DNA of 64,000 nt, from the NCBI GenBank assembly GCA_965215015.1, contig OZ244042.1, positions 352,001 through 416,000 on the forward strand, read 5' to 3'. A program made the position numbers and the translations under genes. Shown here piece by piece: positions 9,128 through 19,210 of this stretch (position 1 is the stretch's first letter; every line of letters starts with the position of its first letter). The notes beneath the pieces were generated by a model. It made no database searches. It saw only the letters and a list, made by a program, of their open reading frames with translations, and had not been told where the DNA came from. The stretch is from Candidatus Poribacteria bacterium (GTDB lineage Bacteria > Poribacteria > WGA-4E > PCPOR2b).

Positions 9128-10462
9128 ATGAGAATGACCCGATGGAGGATACAGTTCGCTTTGGTTTGTACGCTAATCTTTGTTGCTATCACAGCAATTG
9201 CCCAAGAAGAACAGGAAATTAATCTCTCCCAACCGCTTACCTTGGAACAATGTATTCAGCTCGCTGTTGAAAACTCAACCGATATGCGGAATGCCCGCAT
9301 CAATCTCGCCATTGACAGCTTGCGTGTCAAAAACGCGCGTGCCGGCTATTATCCAGAGATTTTCCTCGATGGGCGATACAATTTTTCAGATGTCGTTGAT
9401 TTCGGATTTGAGCGCGATAATTATGACCTAGGTGTGAGCGGACAATATACGCTGTGGGACAACGGACGAAGAGAGGCAACTTTCTCGCAGGCAAAGGAGC
9501 GACATAATGCGACAACAAGTCACAACGAACAGACAAAGCAGAACCTGATTTTTCAAGTTACGCAAGCATATTATAATGTCCTCAAGGCGCAGGAATTGGT
9601 GAAGGTCGATCGGGAAATCCTAGCGCGATCGCAGGAGAATACTGACAGGGTGAGGGCTTTTGTCCAAGCGGGAATTCAGATTGAAGCTGACGTGGCAACA
9701 GCGCAAGTCAGAGAAGCAAACGACGAATTGAGTCTGCTGAACGATCAGAATGCCCTGGAGATTGCAATGGCAACCTTACCCCGGATCATGGGACTTGACC
9801 CGGCGACGCTCATTACTGTTGCTGAAGACACTGACTATCAACTATACAGTCAGAAAGGGCAAATTGAAATCATAGAGGTATCCATCGAGGAAGCTATCCA
9901 GAGGGCTTTTGAAACTCGCCCTGAATTTAAGGAGCTCCAATCCACAATAAAACGACTGGAATGGAACTTGACATTAGCAAGGTTGAATCGTTGGCCCCAA
10001 TTGAACGCTGAATATAATTATAGCGTCAACCTTGATGATTACCTCCATGAGCGCGAAAATTTCACGGACTTCCGAAGTTGGGAAGTAAGAGCGACACTGA
10101 ATTTTCCAATTTTCGACGGCGGCGTGACAAAGCGGCAAATCGAAGAAGCGGAGTTATCGCTCGAACAGGTTCGTGAAGATGCGAGTGACCTTGAGCGCTC
10201 TATCGCATTAGATGTCCGACAAGCCTACCTAAACCTGAAGCGGGCTGAAAGGGCGGTAGAAATCTCTAATACACAGGTGCGAAACGCCGAGCTAAGCCTC
10301 CAAGTCATCAGAGGACGTTTCGAGCAGGAACTCTCCATCCTGCTTGAATTGCTCAATGCCCAAACGGAGTTTGCGCAAGCCTTGACCAATCAGGTTCGAG
10401 CTTTTTATGATTATAAAATCGCGCAAGTTGCTTTGCAGCGAGCAATGGGAGTTATTCAATGA
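9128..10462 (+). CDS. TolC-family outer membrane efflux protein
   Basis: LTLEQCIQLAVENS, QVTQAYYNVL, FPIFDGG, DVRQAYLNL; two OEP repeats. Confidence 0.9.
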   Translation: MRMTRWRIQFALVCTLIFVAITAIAQEEQEINLSQPLTLEQCIQLAVENSTDMRNARINLAIDSLRVKNARAGYYPEIFLDGRYNFSDVVDFGFERDNYDLGVSGQYTLWDNGRREATFSQAKERHNATTSHNEQTKQNLIFQVTQAYYNVLKAQELVKVDREILARSQENTDRVRAFVQAGIQIEADVATAQVREANDELSLLNDQNALEIAMATLPRIMGLDPATLITVAEDTDYQLYSQKGQIEIIEVSIEEAIQRAFETRPEFKELQSTIKRLEWNLTLARLNRWPQLNAEYNYSVNLDDYLHERENFTDFRSWEVRATLNFPIFDGGVTKRQIEEAELSLEQVREDASDLERSIALDVRQAYLNLKRAERAVEISNTQVRNAELSLQVIRGRFEQELSILLELLNAQTEFAQALTNQVRAFYDYKIAQVALQRAMGVIQ

Positions 10463-12447
10463 ACAGGAAACGAACGGTTGTTCTTATTATCAGTGTGTTG
10501 CTCCTTGTTGCCGTGGTTGCCATCGGTGCGACGAGAATATTTGGTAAAAAAGATAAAGATGATGGTGCAGACGAAAAAAAAGAGGTCGCCCGACGCGGTG
10601 AATTTATCGTCAAAGTTAGGGAATCTGGTAACCTTGAACCTTTAATCTCTGTTAACGTGCGCTCGAATGTCGAAGGCGAGATTGAAACACTTTATATCAA
10701 AGAAGGCGACGTAGTCGAAAAAGACCAGCCACTACTCAAAATTGATGATGAGCAGGTTCGCGAACAAGAAAAGCAGGCTTCCGCGAATCGAGATGCGCGG
10801 AAGGCACAAGTGGAACAGGCGGCATTACGTATTGAGATGACGGAGAAACAGCAAGAAAGCCAGATCACGCAAGCCCAAAACGCTGTTGAATCCGCAAAGG
10901 CCGCGCTTGAGTCGCTGGATGCAAACACGCGCCAACGGATTACTGAAGCTGAGACCCAAATTTCTACAACGGAAAACCAGCTTCAACAGGACAAGATCGC
11001 TTTGCGTCAGTCTGAAATTGAGTTACAGCAAGCCGAACTCCGGCGGGAGCGAGCTCAGGCGGCAGAAGAATCGGCGAAGGTTGCTTATGAAACCGCCGAA
11101 TCCGAATTGAAGCGGAATCAGGAACTTTTCGAGAAAAATCTGGTCTCGAAGCGAGCACTTGAGGAGGCTGCGAGAGGACGCGCCAATGCTCTTTCCCAAC
11201 ATGAGACCGCCAAAAAAGATGTCGAGTCTCAGATTAAGGCGGTTGAATCCCAACAAGAAACCATTGATGCTAGAAAAAAGGCACTTGAAAACCGTCAGGC
11301 AACCCTTCGGCTACATCAAGAAAATCTCGTTACCATTAAAGAATCGCAAGCAGCGCAAAAAAGACAACTTGACGCAGAATTAAAAAATGCAGAAACTCGA
11401 CTCCAACAGATTCTAGAGACAACAGATGAAGAGAAGAAGCTTACCGTTCATGCAAAAGCGGGTGCAGACGCGGCACTCCTAGAAGCTCAAAGCACCCTAA
11501 AAGCCCAAGAGGAACGGGTCACTTGGACAACCGTTATCGCCCCGATGCCAGGAACGGTTACGCTCCTCAGCGTTGAGGAGGGCGAAATTGTCACCTCCGG
11601 ACGCTCTGCATTTTCGCAAGGACCCGCTATCTTGACCATCGCAGATCTCTCCAAAATGGTCGTCAAAACGCGAATCAACGAGGTTGATATCGCCAAGATT
11701 GCACTGGGGCAAACGGTAGAAATCCGTGTTGATGCTTATCGCGATAAAGTCTTTGAAGGCAGGGTCAGTGAAATCGCGCCGAGTGCATACACACCTAATC
11801 AAAGGGGGGGACAACAGGGAGATGGCACAATCACTTTCGAGGTGATGATTGAAGTGATTGGATCTCCACCCGAACTGCTGCCCGGCATGTCGGCGGACGT
11901 AGACATCATTGTCATGCAGGATAACAATGTCCTCCAACTTCCCATTGATTCGGTAATCGATTCTGAGGTGTTGACGGTCAAGCTCAATGTGCCTTCCGGT
12001 TCGATAGGACGTTTCAAATCTGATCAGGAAGTGGAGGTACAGAACCTGATTGGGAAGAAGTTTCCCGGCAAAGTTGGTAAAATCTCGCCGAGCAGCGCAC
12101 GCGGCAATGTTGAAATCTTACTTGATGGCTCGCCGCGCGGCTTGCGGTCGGGACCTACCGAGGTACATATTTTATTCTCTGAGACGGATAAGATTGAAGG
12201 GCTTGAAGCTGAAATTGAGAGTGAAAAGAAATATTTCGTTATGCTCGATAAAGAGAGCTCGAAATCAGATACCGAGAAAAAGCAGAAAAAGGACAAGAAA
12301 GACGGAGAAAAAGGCACACGGACCCGTATTGAGGTAGGGCAGCGAAATAATACCCATTTTGAGTTGATTAGTGGCCTTGTAGAGGGGGATCGTGTATTTG
12401 TGCCATCTATGCAACAACTCATAAAAACAGGTCCAAGCAATGAATAG
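10459..12447 (+). CDS. MacA/HlyD-family periplasmic adaptor with long coiled coil
   Basis: N-terminal TM; lipoyl halves (VEGEIETLYIKEGDVV / IAPMPGTVT); INEVDIAKI; LLPGMSADVDI. Confidence 0.88.
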   Translation: MNRKRTVVLIISVLLLVAVVAIGATRIFGKKDKDDGADEKKEVARRGEFIVKVRESGNLEPLISVNVRSNVEGEIETLYIKEGDVVEKDQPLLKIDDEQVREQEKQASANRDARKAQVEQAALRIEMTEKQQESQITQAQNAVESAKAALESLDANTRQRITEAETQISTTENQLQQDKIALRQSEIELQQAELRRERAQAAEESAKVAYETAESELKRNQELFEKNLVSKRALEEAARGRANALSQHETAKKDVESQIKAVESQQETIDARKKALENRQATLRLHQENLVTIKESQAAQKRQLDAELKNAETRLQQILETTDEEKKLTVHAKAGADAALLEAQSTLKAQEERVTWTTVIAPMPGTVTLLSVEEGEIVTSGRSAFSQGPAILTIADLSKMVVKTRINEVDIAKIALGQTVEIRVDAYRDKVFEGRVSEIAPSAYTPNQRGGQQGDGTITFEVMIEVIGSPPELLPGMSADVDIIVMQDNNVLQLPIDSVIDSEVLTVKLNVPSGSIGRFKSDQEVEVQNLIGKKFPGKVGKISPSSARGNVEILLDGSPRGLRSGPTEVHILFSETDKIEGLEAEIESEKKYFVMLDKESSKSDTEKKQKKDKKDGEKGTRTRIEVGQRNNTHFELISGLVEGDRVFVPSMQQLIKTGPSNE

Positions 12448-12462
12448 AATAGAGAGGTAACA

Positions 12463-13143
12463 ATGCTAATTGATGTTCGCAACCTGACAAAAGTATATGA
12501 AATGGGAGATGTAAGGGTTCACGCCTTGAGGGGGGTTTCATTTACCGCCGAAAGCGGTGAGTTCATTGCCATTGTGGGGCCTTCTGGTTCAGGGAAATCC
12601 ACAATGATGGACATCCTCGGCTGTCTTGCAAAGCCGACAGAGGGAGAATACTATCTCGAAGAGGAAGAGGTCGGTAAGCTGTCGGATAACCGTCTCGCTG
12701 AGATTCGCAATCGGAAGGTCGGTTTTGTCTTTCAGTCATTCAACCTTTTACAGCGTACCACCGCGTTACACAATGTCGAATTGCCGCTCATCTACAGTGG
12801 GTTGGGGCGCAAGGCACGACGACGTAGAGCCTTTGAAGCGTTGGAATCCGTTGGACTCGCGGATCGCGTTCACCATAAGTCAAATGAAATGTCGGGAGGG
12901 CAAATCCAGCGTGTAGCGATTGCACGGGCACTTGTGAACAACCCGTCGATGATCTTTGCCGATGAACCGACGGGAAATCTGGATACTCGTTCTGGCAGCG
13001 AAATCATGGCGATTTTTGACGAGTTAAACGAGGCGGGAAACACGATTATCATGGTCACACACGAACCTGAAGTCGCAGCACATGCCCGCCGCATCCTCCA
13101 CATCCGAGACGGATTGATTGAGAGAGATGAACAGATAGGGTGA
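12463..13143 (+). CDS. ABC transporter ATP-binding protein (MacB/LolD-like)
   Basis: Walker A GPSGSGKS, GFVFQSFNLL, MSGGQIQRVAIARAL, ADEPTGNLD. Confidence 0.95.
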   Translation: MLIDVRNLTKVYEMGDVRVHALRGVSFTAESGEFIAIVGPSGSGKSTMMDILGCLAKPTEGEYYLEEEEVGKLSDNRLAEIRNRKVGFVFQSFNLLQRTTALHNVELPLIYSGLGRKARRRRAFEALESVGLADRVHHKSNEMSGGQIQRVAIARALVNNPSMIFADEPTGNLDTRSGSEIMAIFDELNEAGNTIIMVTHEPEVAAHARRILHIRDGLIERDEQIG

Positions 13144-13175
13144 TAGGCGAATTAGCACATAACTAGCGGAAACGA

Positions 13176-14156
13176 ATGAACGCTAACGGCGACTCCGTCA
13201 CAATTAAGACACCGGCCCGACTCCACTTTGCTCTCATTGATCTCAACGGCTCACTGGGTAGGATTGATGGCAGCATTGGCATGGCAATCAATGATCCGCA
13301 TTTTGAAATTATCGCTGAACCCGCAGATCAGATCCGAATTTCATCGACCCAATACAAGGGGCGGGCGTGTGCTATTGCCGAAAAACTTCGGGCAAAATAC
13401 AGCTTTCCGGGCATCCATATTCAACTTACCTCAGAAATCCCACCGCATTCCGGATTTGGCTCCGGGACCCAACTGGCTTTAGGCATCGCCCAAGCGGTAA
13501 ATATGCTTTACAATTTGAACTTGAGTGTAGCAGATTTAGCGCGAGCTGTTGGGCGCGGCGGAACATCAGGGATTGGCATTACCGCATTTGAGCGGGGCGG
13601 GTTTATCCTCGATGGTGGACACCGCTTCCCGAATCAAAAATCCTCATTCTTACCCTCCTCCGCAGCGGGTAACGTTCCCGCTCCCCCGCTTCTCCTCTGT
13701 TATCCCTTCCCAGATTGGGAATTGCTCATCGTCATCCCGCGCTGCACGCATATCTCCGGGGAGACAGAGATTCAGCTTTTCAAGACGCTTTGTCCCCAGC
13801 CCAGGTCCACTGCCGAGCAACTCTCCCACCTCATCCTCCTCAGGTTATTGCCGGCAATCTTAGAAGAGGACCGCCAAGCCTTTGGGGACGCGATTAACAC
13901 TATTCAGACCTTCGGTTGGAAGAAGGTAGAAATTGATGCCCAAGGCGGCATTCTGCAACGGACGCTTGAATTTTTACGGGACAATGGCGCGATGGGTGCA
14001 GGGGTGAGCAGTTGGGGACCAGCAATCTTCGCTATTGGGGACGACCTCCCCGCCTTAAAAAAGAAAATGGAGGCGTTCCTCCAAACGCTGCCGGAGGGGG
14101 GGACCTGCTTTATCACAAATGCGAACAACGTCGGTGCGGCGGTTAAGGGGGCTTAG
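13176..14156 (+). CDS. mptG: Beta-ribofuranosylaminobenzene 5'-phosphate (RFAP) synthase, GHMP superfamily
   Basis: TPARLHFALIDLNGSLGRIDGSIG, HSGFGSGTQLAL, GRGGTSGIG, GGFILDGGH, SSWGPA. Confidence 0.85.
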   Translation: MNANGDSVTIKTPARLHFALIDLNGSLGRIDGSIGMAINDPHFEIIAEPADQIRISSTQYKGRACAIAEKLRAKYSFPGIHIQLTSEIPPHSGFGSGTQLALGIAQAVNMLYNLNLSVADLARAVGRGGTSGIGITAFERGGFILDGGHRFPNQKSSFLPSSAAGNVPAPPLLLCYPFPDWELLIVIPRCTHISGETEIQLFKTLCPQPRSTAEQLSHLILLRLLPAILEEDRQAFGDAINTIQTFGWKKVEIDAQGGILQRTLEFLRDNGAMGAGVSSWGPAIFAIGDDLPALKKKMEAFLQTLPEGGTCFITNANNVGAAVKGA

Positions 14157-14168
14157 GCTTCATTCTTC

Positions 14169-15056
14169 CTATGCGACAATCTCAGTTCCAATGCCCGATT
14201 GCGTGAAAACTTCCAACAAAATTGCGTGGCTAATTCGACCGTCAATAATATGCGTTTTCCAAACCCCGCCTTTGAGTGCAGTCACGCACGCCTCGACTTT
14301 CGGTAGCATCCCTGAACCAATCACCCCATCAGCAACTAACCCTTCAATTTCACTGGACCTTATTCTTGATAGCAGCGAAGATTCATCGTCCAAATCTTTT
14401 AGGATACCGCGTTGATCGGTCAACAGAATTAGCTTTTCTGCACTGAGGGCGGCAGCTATCTCTCCTGCCATTGTATCCGCGTTGACGTTATACGTACAAT
14501 CATCGTCGCCCACGCCGTTTGGTGCGAGCACCGGGATATAACCTCCCTCATCCAAGGTAAAGAGTACGTCCGGCTTAACGCCGACAATCTCCCCGACAAA
14601 ACCGATATCCACGGAAGTTGTCTTCCCATGTTCATCGACGACCTGCGGACAGTGCTTCTGCACACGGATGAGGTTCGCATCCTTCCCACAAAGCCCAACC
14701 GCTTTGCCGCCATGCAGGTTAATCAATGAGACAATTTCTTTATTGATTACCCCCGCGAGTACCATTTCAGCGATTTCGATGGTCTCCGCATCGGTGACCC
14801 GCAAGCCTTGGACGAACTCCGCCTCCTTGCCGATTCGCCGCATCCACTCACTAATCTGGTTGCCACCACCATGCACAACAACGGGGTTCATACCGATGTA
14901 CTTCATCAGCACCACATCCTGCATCACACTGTGTTTGAGCGATGCCTCCTCCATCGCAGAACCACCATATTTGATCACGATGGTTTTTCCGGCAAAAGTC
15001 TGAATGTAAGGCAACGCCTCGATTAAAATTTCCGCTTTCTTGACCAATTCATCCAT
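14169..15056 (-). CDS. argB: Acetylglutamate kinase
   Basis: IEALPYI, IKYGGSAM, VVHGGG, GLRVTD, NVNAD, GMLPK; GGAGG RBS before ATG 15056. Confidence 0.95.
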   Translation of the reverse strand: MDELVKKAEILIEALPYIQTFAGKTIVIKYGGSAMEEASLKHSVMQDVVLMKYIGMNPVVVHGGGNQISEWMRRIGKEAEFVQGLRVTDAETIEIAEMVLAGVINKEIVSLINLHGGKAVGLCGKDANLIRVQKHCPQVVDEHGKTTSVDIGFVGEIVGVKPDVLFTLDEGGYIPVLAPNGVGDDDCTYNVNADTMAGEIAAALSAEKLILLTDQRGILKDLDDESSLLSRIRSSEIEGLVADGVIGSGMLPKVEACVTALKGGVWKTHIIDGRISHAILLEVFTQSGIGTEIVA

Positions 15057-15366
15057 TGATGACCTCCTGTCTCTTGGTTTCACCGTCCTTTTCTATTTAA
15101 ACTGAGCGATTCCCCTTGATTCTAAGGACATTTTACCACTTAGGATTTACGCAGTTGAAGGTTCAAAGGAAACGCCAAACACTGCTGCGCGACTGTCCGG
15201 GTCGGTTGAGCCATGATTATGGCGCAATAATCATGGTATACTCGGTGACCCATCAAATACCAAGTGTGTCCCTCGACAGTCCTGGCTCAACCAACCATAA
15301 ACATTGTGCAACAGTGTTAGGTGTCCACTGTTGTACGACAGTGTTGGTATCTATACGACTCACGAG

Positions 15367-15445
15367 GCCCGATGAATCGGGCACCTACAGTTCATCCGAC
15401 AGTAGTGGGCACGTTCCGCGTGCCATCCCCCCGCTTGCGGGGGGA
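15367..15445. repeat. BIME-like pair of GTAG REP palindromes
   Basis: Reverse complement matches 61274-61333 (GGCACGCGGA...GTAG.TGCCCGATTCATCGGGC); ends with a CCCCCCGCTTGCGGGGGG palindrome. Confidence 0.7.
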
Positions 15446-15475
15446 TAGAATACGTGAGTGATATGCCGCATTCGG

Positions 15476-16273
15476 CTATTGCCAACCGATGAGCGTTAAA
15501 TACCAATTCCAGATTTGGCCTCCCCAAAACAGATCCAGCAATGCACCAATCACCAGAAAAGGACCGTAAGGTATCCGACTCCCACCCCCACTTTTTTTAT
15601 CGAGCACTATCAGGGACAATCCGACGATTGAACCGGTGAAAGCGGAAACCATAACTACAATCAGCAGATGGGGCCACCCCCCCAGAAACAACCCGATAAG
15701 GATCATCAATTTGATGTCTCCACCACCCATCGCTCGCTTACGAAAGAGAAACGTCCCCACAGCCGCAATTAACAGCATTGATCCACCGCCCGCTATCGCC
15801 CCAATAAGGCGATCAATCAGGTAACTCGGATTGTGGTGGGTCAACGCAATGAGGAGAGCTACCGCCGCGCCAGTAATCAACCCGACAAGGATGATGGCGT
15901 TTGGAATGATATACCACCGAGCATCAATCCAAGCGATGGGTATCAACAAGCTGATGAACAAGCAACTGTGCAAGAGGGCGAGCGTTGATCCGAACCGATA
16001 CAGCGAGAGCAGAAACAGGATACCTGTCATCAGTTCGACCATCGGGTAAATCTTCGAGATTTCCGAACCGCAGTGTCGGCAACGTCCTCTCAGGAAGAAG
16101 TAACTCAGGACTGGGAGGTTATCATAGAAGCGAATTGTCGTCCGACATTCAGGGCAAAAGGAACGGCGTGGGGAATGAATGGAGAGCCCTTGGGGAATGC
16201 GATAGATGCACACATTCAAAAAACTGCCGATTACCAACCCGAGCGCAAAGATGAGGAGGGACATCGCTATCAT
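15476..16273 (-). CDS. pilD: Prepilin peptidase (A24)
   Basis: GSFLNVCIYRIP, two CxxC motifs (CPEC, CRHC), MGGGDIKL, IPYGPFL. Confidence 0.92.
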   Translation of the reverse strand: MIAMSLLIFALGLVIGSFLNVCIYRIPQGLSIHSPRRSFCPECRTTIRFYDNLPVLSYFFLRGRCRHCGSEISKIYPMVELMTGILFLLSLYRFGSTLALLHSCLFISLLIPIAWIDARWYIIPNAIILVGLITGAAVALLIALTHHNPSYLIDRLIGAIAGGGSMLLIAAVGTFLFRKRAMGGGDIKLMILIGLFLGGWPHLLIVVMVSAFTGSIVGLSLIVLDKKSGGGSRIPYGPFLVIGALLDLFWGGQIWNWYLTLIGWQ

Positions 16274-16351
16274 TGGTAATTAGTCTCCTTCCATGATTGC
16301 GATAGTCCAAACATGGTCATCGATTTTGGCTGCTAGCAAATATTTTACAAT

Positions 16352-17755
16352 TCATTCCGGACGCTTGATGTTAAATTTTTCTAGTTTTTTATAGAAATTG
16401 CTACGCTCGATTTTCAACTGCTCTGCGGTGCGCTTGATGTTCCAACTGTTCGCGTCAAGGGCATTACGGATGAAACCTGCTTCAGCGTCGTCAACCATTT
16501 CCAGCAGGGATTTGCCCGTTTGAAAACGATTTGCTTGGGGGACAGCGACAGTCTGGGAAACCGTCTTTGGAATCGGCAAAACGTTCTCTACATCAGCCGG
16601 TAGGATAACATCTTGATTGACCATGATGAGCAGGCGTTCAACAATATTTTTTAACTCTCGTATATTGCCGGGCCAATGATATAATTGCAAAAGTTGAATC
16701 GCCGATGGATCGATGACTTTGGGGGTACGCGCGCTATCCTTGTGGAAACGCTCGACGAAATGTTTCACTAATACCGGCAAATCTTCGGTGCGATCACGAA
16801 GAGGAGGAACAGCGATCGGAACCACACTCAGACGATAGTAAAGATCTTGCCGAAACCTCCCCGCTTCAATTTCCCGCTCAAGGTTCTTATTTGTTGCAGC
16901 GATAATCCGAACATCCACATGCAGCGTTTGTGTCCCGCCGAGGCGTTCCAGTTCACCATATTCCAGCACACGCAACACTTTCGCTTGTGCCTTCAAACTC
17001 ATATCGCCAATTTCATCGAGGAACAGCGCACTTCCGTTGGCAATCTCAAATTTTCCCTGCCGTCGTGCCGTTGCACCGGTGAAGGCACCACGTTCATGCC
17101 CAAATAGCTCACTTTCGATGAGTTCCTCCGGTAATGCCGCACAGTTGAGCCGGATAAGCGGCTTCCGACTGCGTTGACCCTGCTGATGAATCGCATTGGC
17201 GACCAGCTCTTTGCCGGTGCCGTTTTCGCCGGTAATCAGCACGCCCAAATCGCTTGACGCCACTTGACTAATCTGCGATCGGAGTTGCTGCATCACAACG
17301 CTCGCTCCAATCATTTCATCCTGAGCCCCTATCTGCTCCTTCAGTGCCTCATTTTCCTGCGCCAGGCGTGAAAGCTCCAAAAATGGCTCAATAGCGTACA
17401 CAATCTCATTGATGCTAGCCGGTTTCGTCAGGTAACGTCTCGCTCCCAGCTCCATCGTTTTGACCGCCGTTTCAATCTCTTTCTGCGCGGACATCATCAC
17501 AACATTCAACTGTGGTTTAATCTGTCGCAAGCGGGTCAGCGTTTCAACACCGTCTATACCGCCCGGCATCAGGATGTCCAGCAGCACCAAATCAACTGTC
17601 TTCGACGCGCACAGCTGCAGCGCGGTCTCGCCACTCGAAGCGGTTAGCGTATCGTAGCCTTCCAATTTTAACGCTTGCGCGAGCATCTTCAAAGCATTTT
17701 CTTCGTCATCAACAATGAGAATAGTAGCCATAATTTTGTATTTCTGAAGTTGCAT
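16352..17755 (-). CDS. Sigma-54-dependent response regulator (NtrC/NtrX family)
   Basis: Receiver domain ILIVDDE...LLDILMP; GENGTGKE, ESELFGHERGAFTGA, WPGNIREL; Fis-type HTH. Confidence 0.95.
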   Translation of the reverse strand: MQLQKYKIMATILIVDDEENALKMLAQALKLEGYDTLTASSGETALQLCASKTVDLVLLDILMPGGIDGVETLTRLRQIKPQLNVVMMSAQKEIETAVKTMELGARRYLTKPASINEIVYAIEPFLELSRLAQENEALKEQIGAQDEMIGASVVMQQLRSQISQVASSDLGVLITGENGTGKELVANAIHQQGQRSRKPLIRLNCAALPEELIESELFGHERGAFTGATARRQGKFEIANGSALFLDEIGDMSLKAQAKVLRVLEYGELERLGGTQTLHVDVRIIAATNKNLEREIEAGRFRQDLYYRLSVVPIAVPPLRDRTEDLPVLVKHFVERFHKDSARTPKVIDPSAIQLLQLYHWPGNIRELKNIVERLLIMVNQDVILPADVENVLPIPKTVSQTVAVPQANRFQTGKSLLEMVDDAEAGFIRNALDANSWNIKRTAEQLKIERSNFYKKLEKFNIKRPE

Positions 17756-17930
17756 GCCCTGTTAGGGCTTTGGATTTTGCCTCGTCCCTGGGACGAGAGC
17801 ACCCTCAACACATCATGGGGTGTTTTTGAGAATTCAACCTTACCGTTGCGATATACACCTTCAATAGTTGTAAGGATGGGGATTGTCCTAATTTTTCGGT
17901 ATTGCTATAACCTGTTACTCCGATCGAGTG

Positions 17931-19052
17931 CTACGTCCGTTCTTCGATCGGCACAAACGACTTTGGCTCGGGGCCAATGTATGCCGCCCTTGGGCGAATC
18001 AACCGATTATCGCTGCGCTGCTCAATGACATGGGCGGCCCAGCCGGTGATTCGTGACATCACAAAGATGGGGGTGAACATCGGTGTCGGGATACCGCACA
18101 GATGATAAGCAGAGGCACTGTAGAAATCGAGGTTCGGGAATAGCTTCTTTTCCCGCCACATCACCTGATCAATCCGTTCAGAGACTTCGTAAAGTAACCT
18201 ATCTCTGCTTGACTCAGAGAGTTTCTGTGCCCAACCCTTAATGATATCCGAACGTGGGTCGGAGATTTTGTAGACGCGATGGCCAAAGCCCATGATTAGC
18301 TGCCTTTCTGCGAGCATCTTCAAAATGGCGGCTTCGGCTTCGTCCGGCGTCTGGAATTGTGCAATAAGTTCCATCGCTGCTTCGTTTGCACCGCCGTGCA
18401 AGGGACCGCGCAACGTTCCAATGGCTGCAACAACCGCGGAATAGACATCGGATAAAGTAGAGGTTGCGACTCGCGCTGCAAACGTTGATGCGTTAAACTC
18501 GTGCTCTGCATAAAGGATTAATGACACATCAACGGCCCTGCGTTGCAGTTCATCCGGTCGTTTCCCATGCAACAAGTGCAGAAAGTGTCCAGCGGTGGTT
18601 TCATCCTCCGTTTCAACGTCAATCTGTTTGCCGTTAGTGTGGAGATGATGCCAGTAGAGCAGCATTGAACCGAAACAGGCGGTCAGTCGATCCGCAATGT
18701 GAAGCGAATCACTTTTGTCGTTTTCAGCTTCCAGCGTTCCCAAAGCTGAACAACCGGTACGCAGGACATCCATTGGATGTGCATCCCCCGGCACTTGCTC
18801 AAGCACTATTTTGAGTCCATCCGGTAGACTACGCAGTTCCATCAGTTTTTTCGTGTAGTTATCAAGCTCGGTTTGCGTTGGTAGTTTGCCGTGAATCAGC
18901 AGGTAGGCCGTCTCTTCAAAGGTAGCATGTTCTGCTAAATCGTGAATGGAATACCCGCGATAGGTGAGTCCAACGCCCTCTTTTCCCACCGTAGCGATTG
19001 CGGTTTCGCCTGCGATAACGCCGGCTAACCCCCCGGTTTTTTCAGTCTGCAT
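17931..19052 (-). CDS. prpC: 2-methylcitrate synthase
   Basis: GLAGVIAGETAI, YAEHEFNASTF, GPLHGGANE, MGFGHRVY, FPNLDFYSA; adjacent to prpB. Confidence 0.92.
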   Translation of the reverse strand: MQTEKTGGLAGVIAGETAIATVGKEGVGLTYRGYSIHDLAEHATFEETAYLLIHGKLPTQTELDNYTKKLMELRSLPDGLKIVLEQVPGDAHPMDVLRTGCSALGTLEAENDKSDSLHIADRLTACFGSMLLYWHHLHTNGKQIDVETEDETTAGHFLHLLHGKRPDELQRRAVDVSLILYAEHEFNASTFAARVATSTLSDVYSAVVAAIGTLRGPLHGGANEAAMELIAQFQTPDEAEAAILKMLAERQLIMGFGHRVYKISDPRSDIIKGWAQKLSESSRDRLLYEVSERIDQVMWREKKLFPNLDFYSASAYHLCGIPTPMFTPIFVMSRITGWAAHVIEQRSDNRLIRPRAAYIGPEPKSFVPIEERT

Positions 19053-19111
19053 TGGTCTTATCCTCCTCTGTCAATTTAGTGGGAACCGTTGGAAGGATTA
19101 ATCTTTTGCAA

Positions 19112-19204
19112 TGAATAGATAGGGGCTTTTCTCTGAATTTAACGCAACGTCGCATCCCCTTACCCTCTGCGCCTCCCCCTGCTTGCGGGGGGACTGAGGG
19201 GGGT
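19112..19204. repeat. Composite intergenic repeat between prpB and prpC
   Basis: Same modules as 6643-6770. Confidence 0.75.
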
Positions 19205-19210
19205 GCGTCC

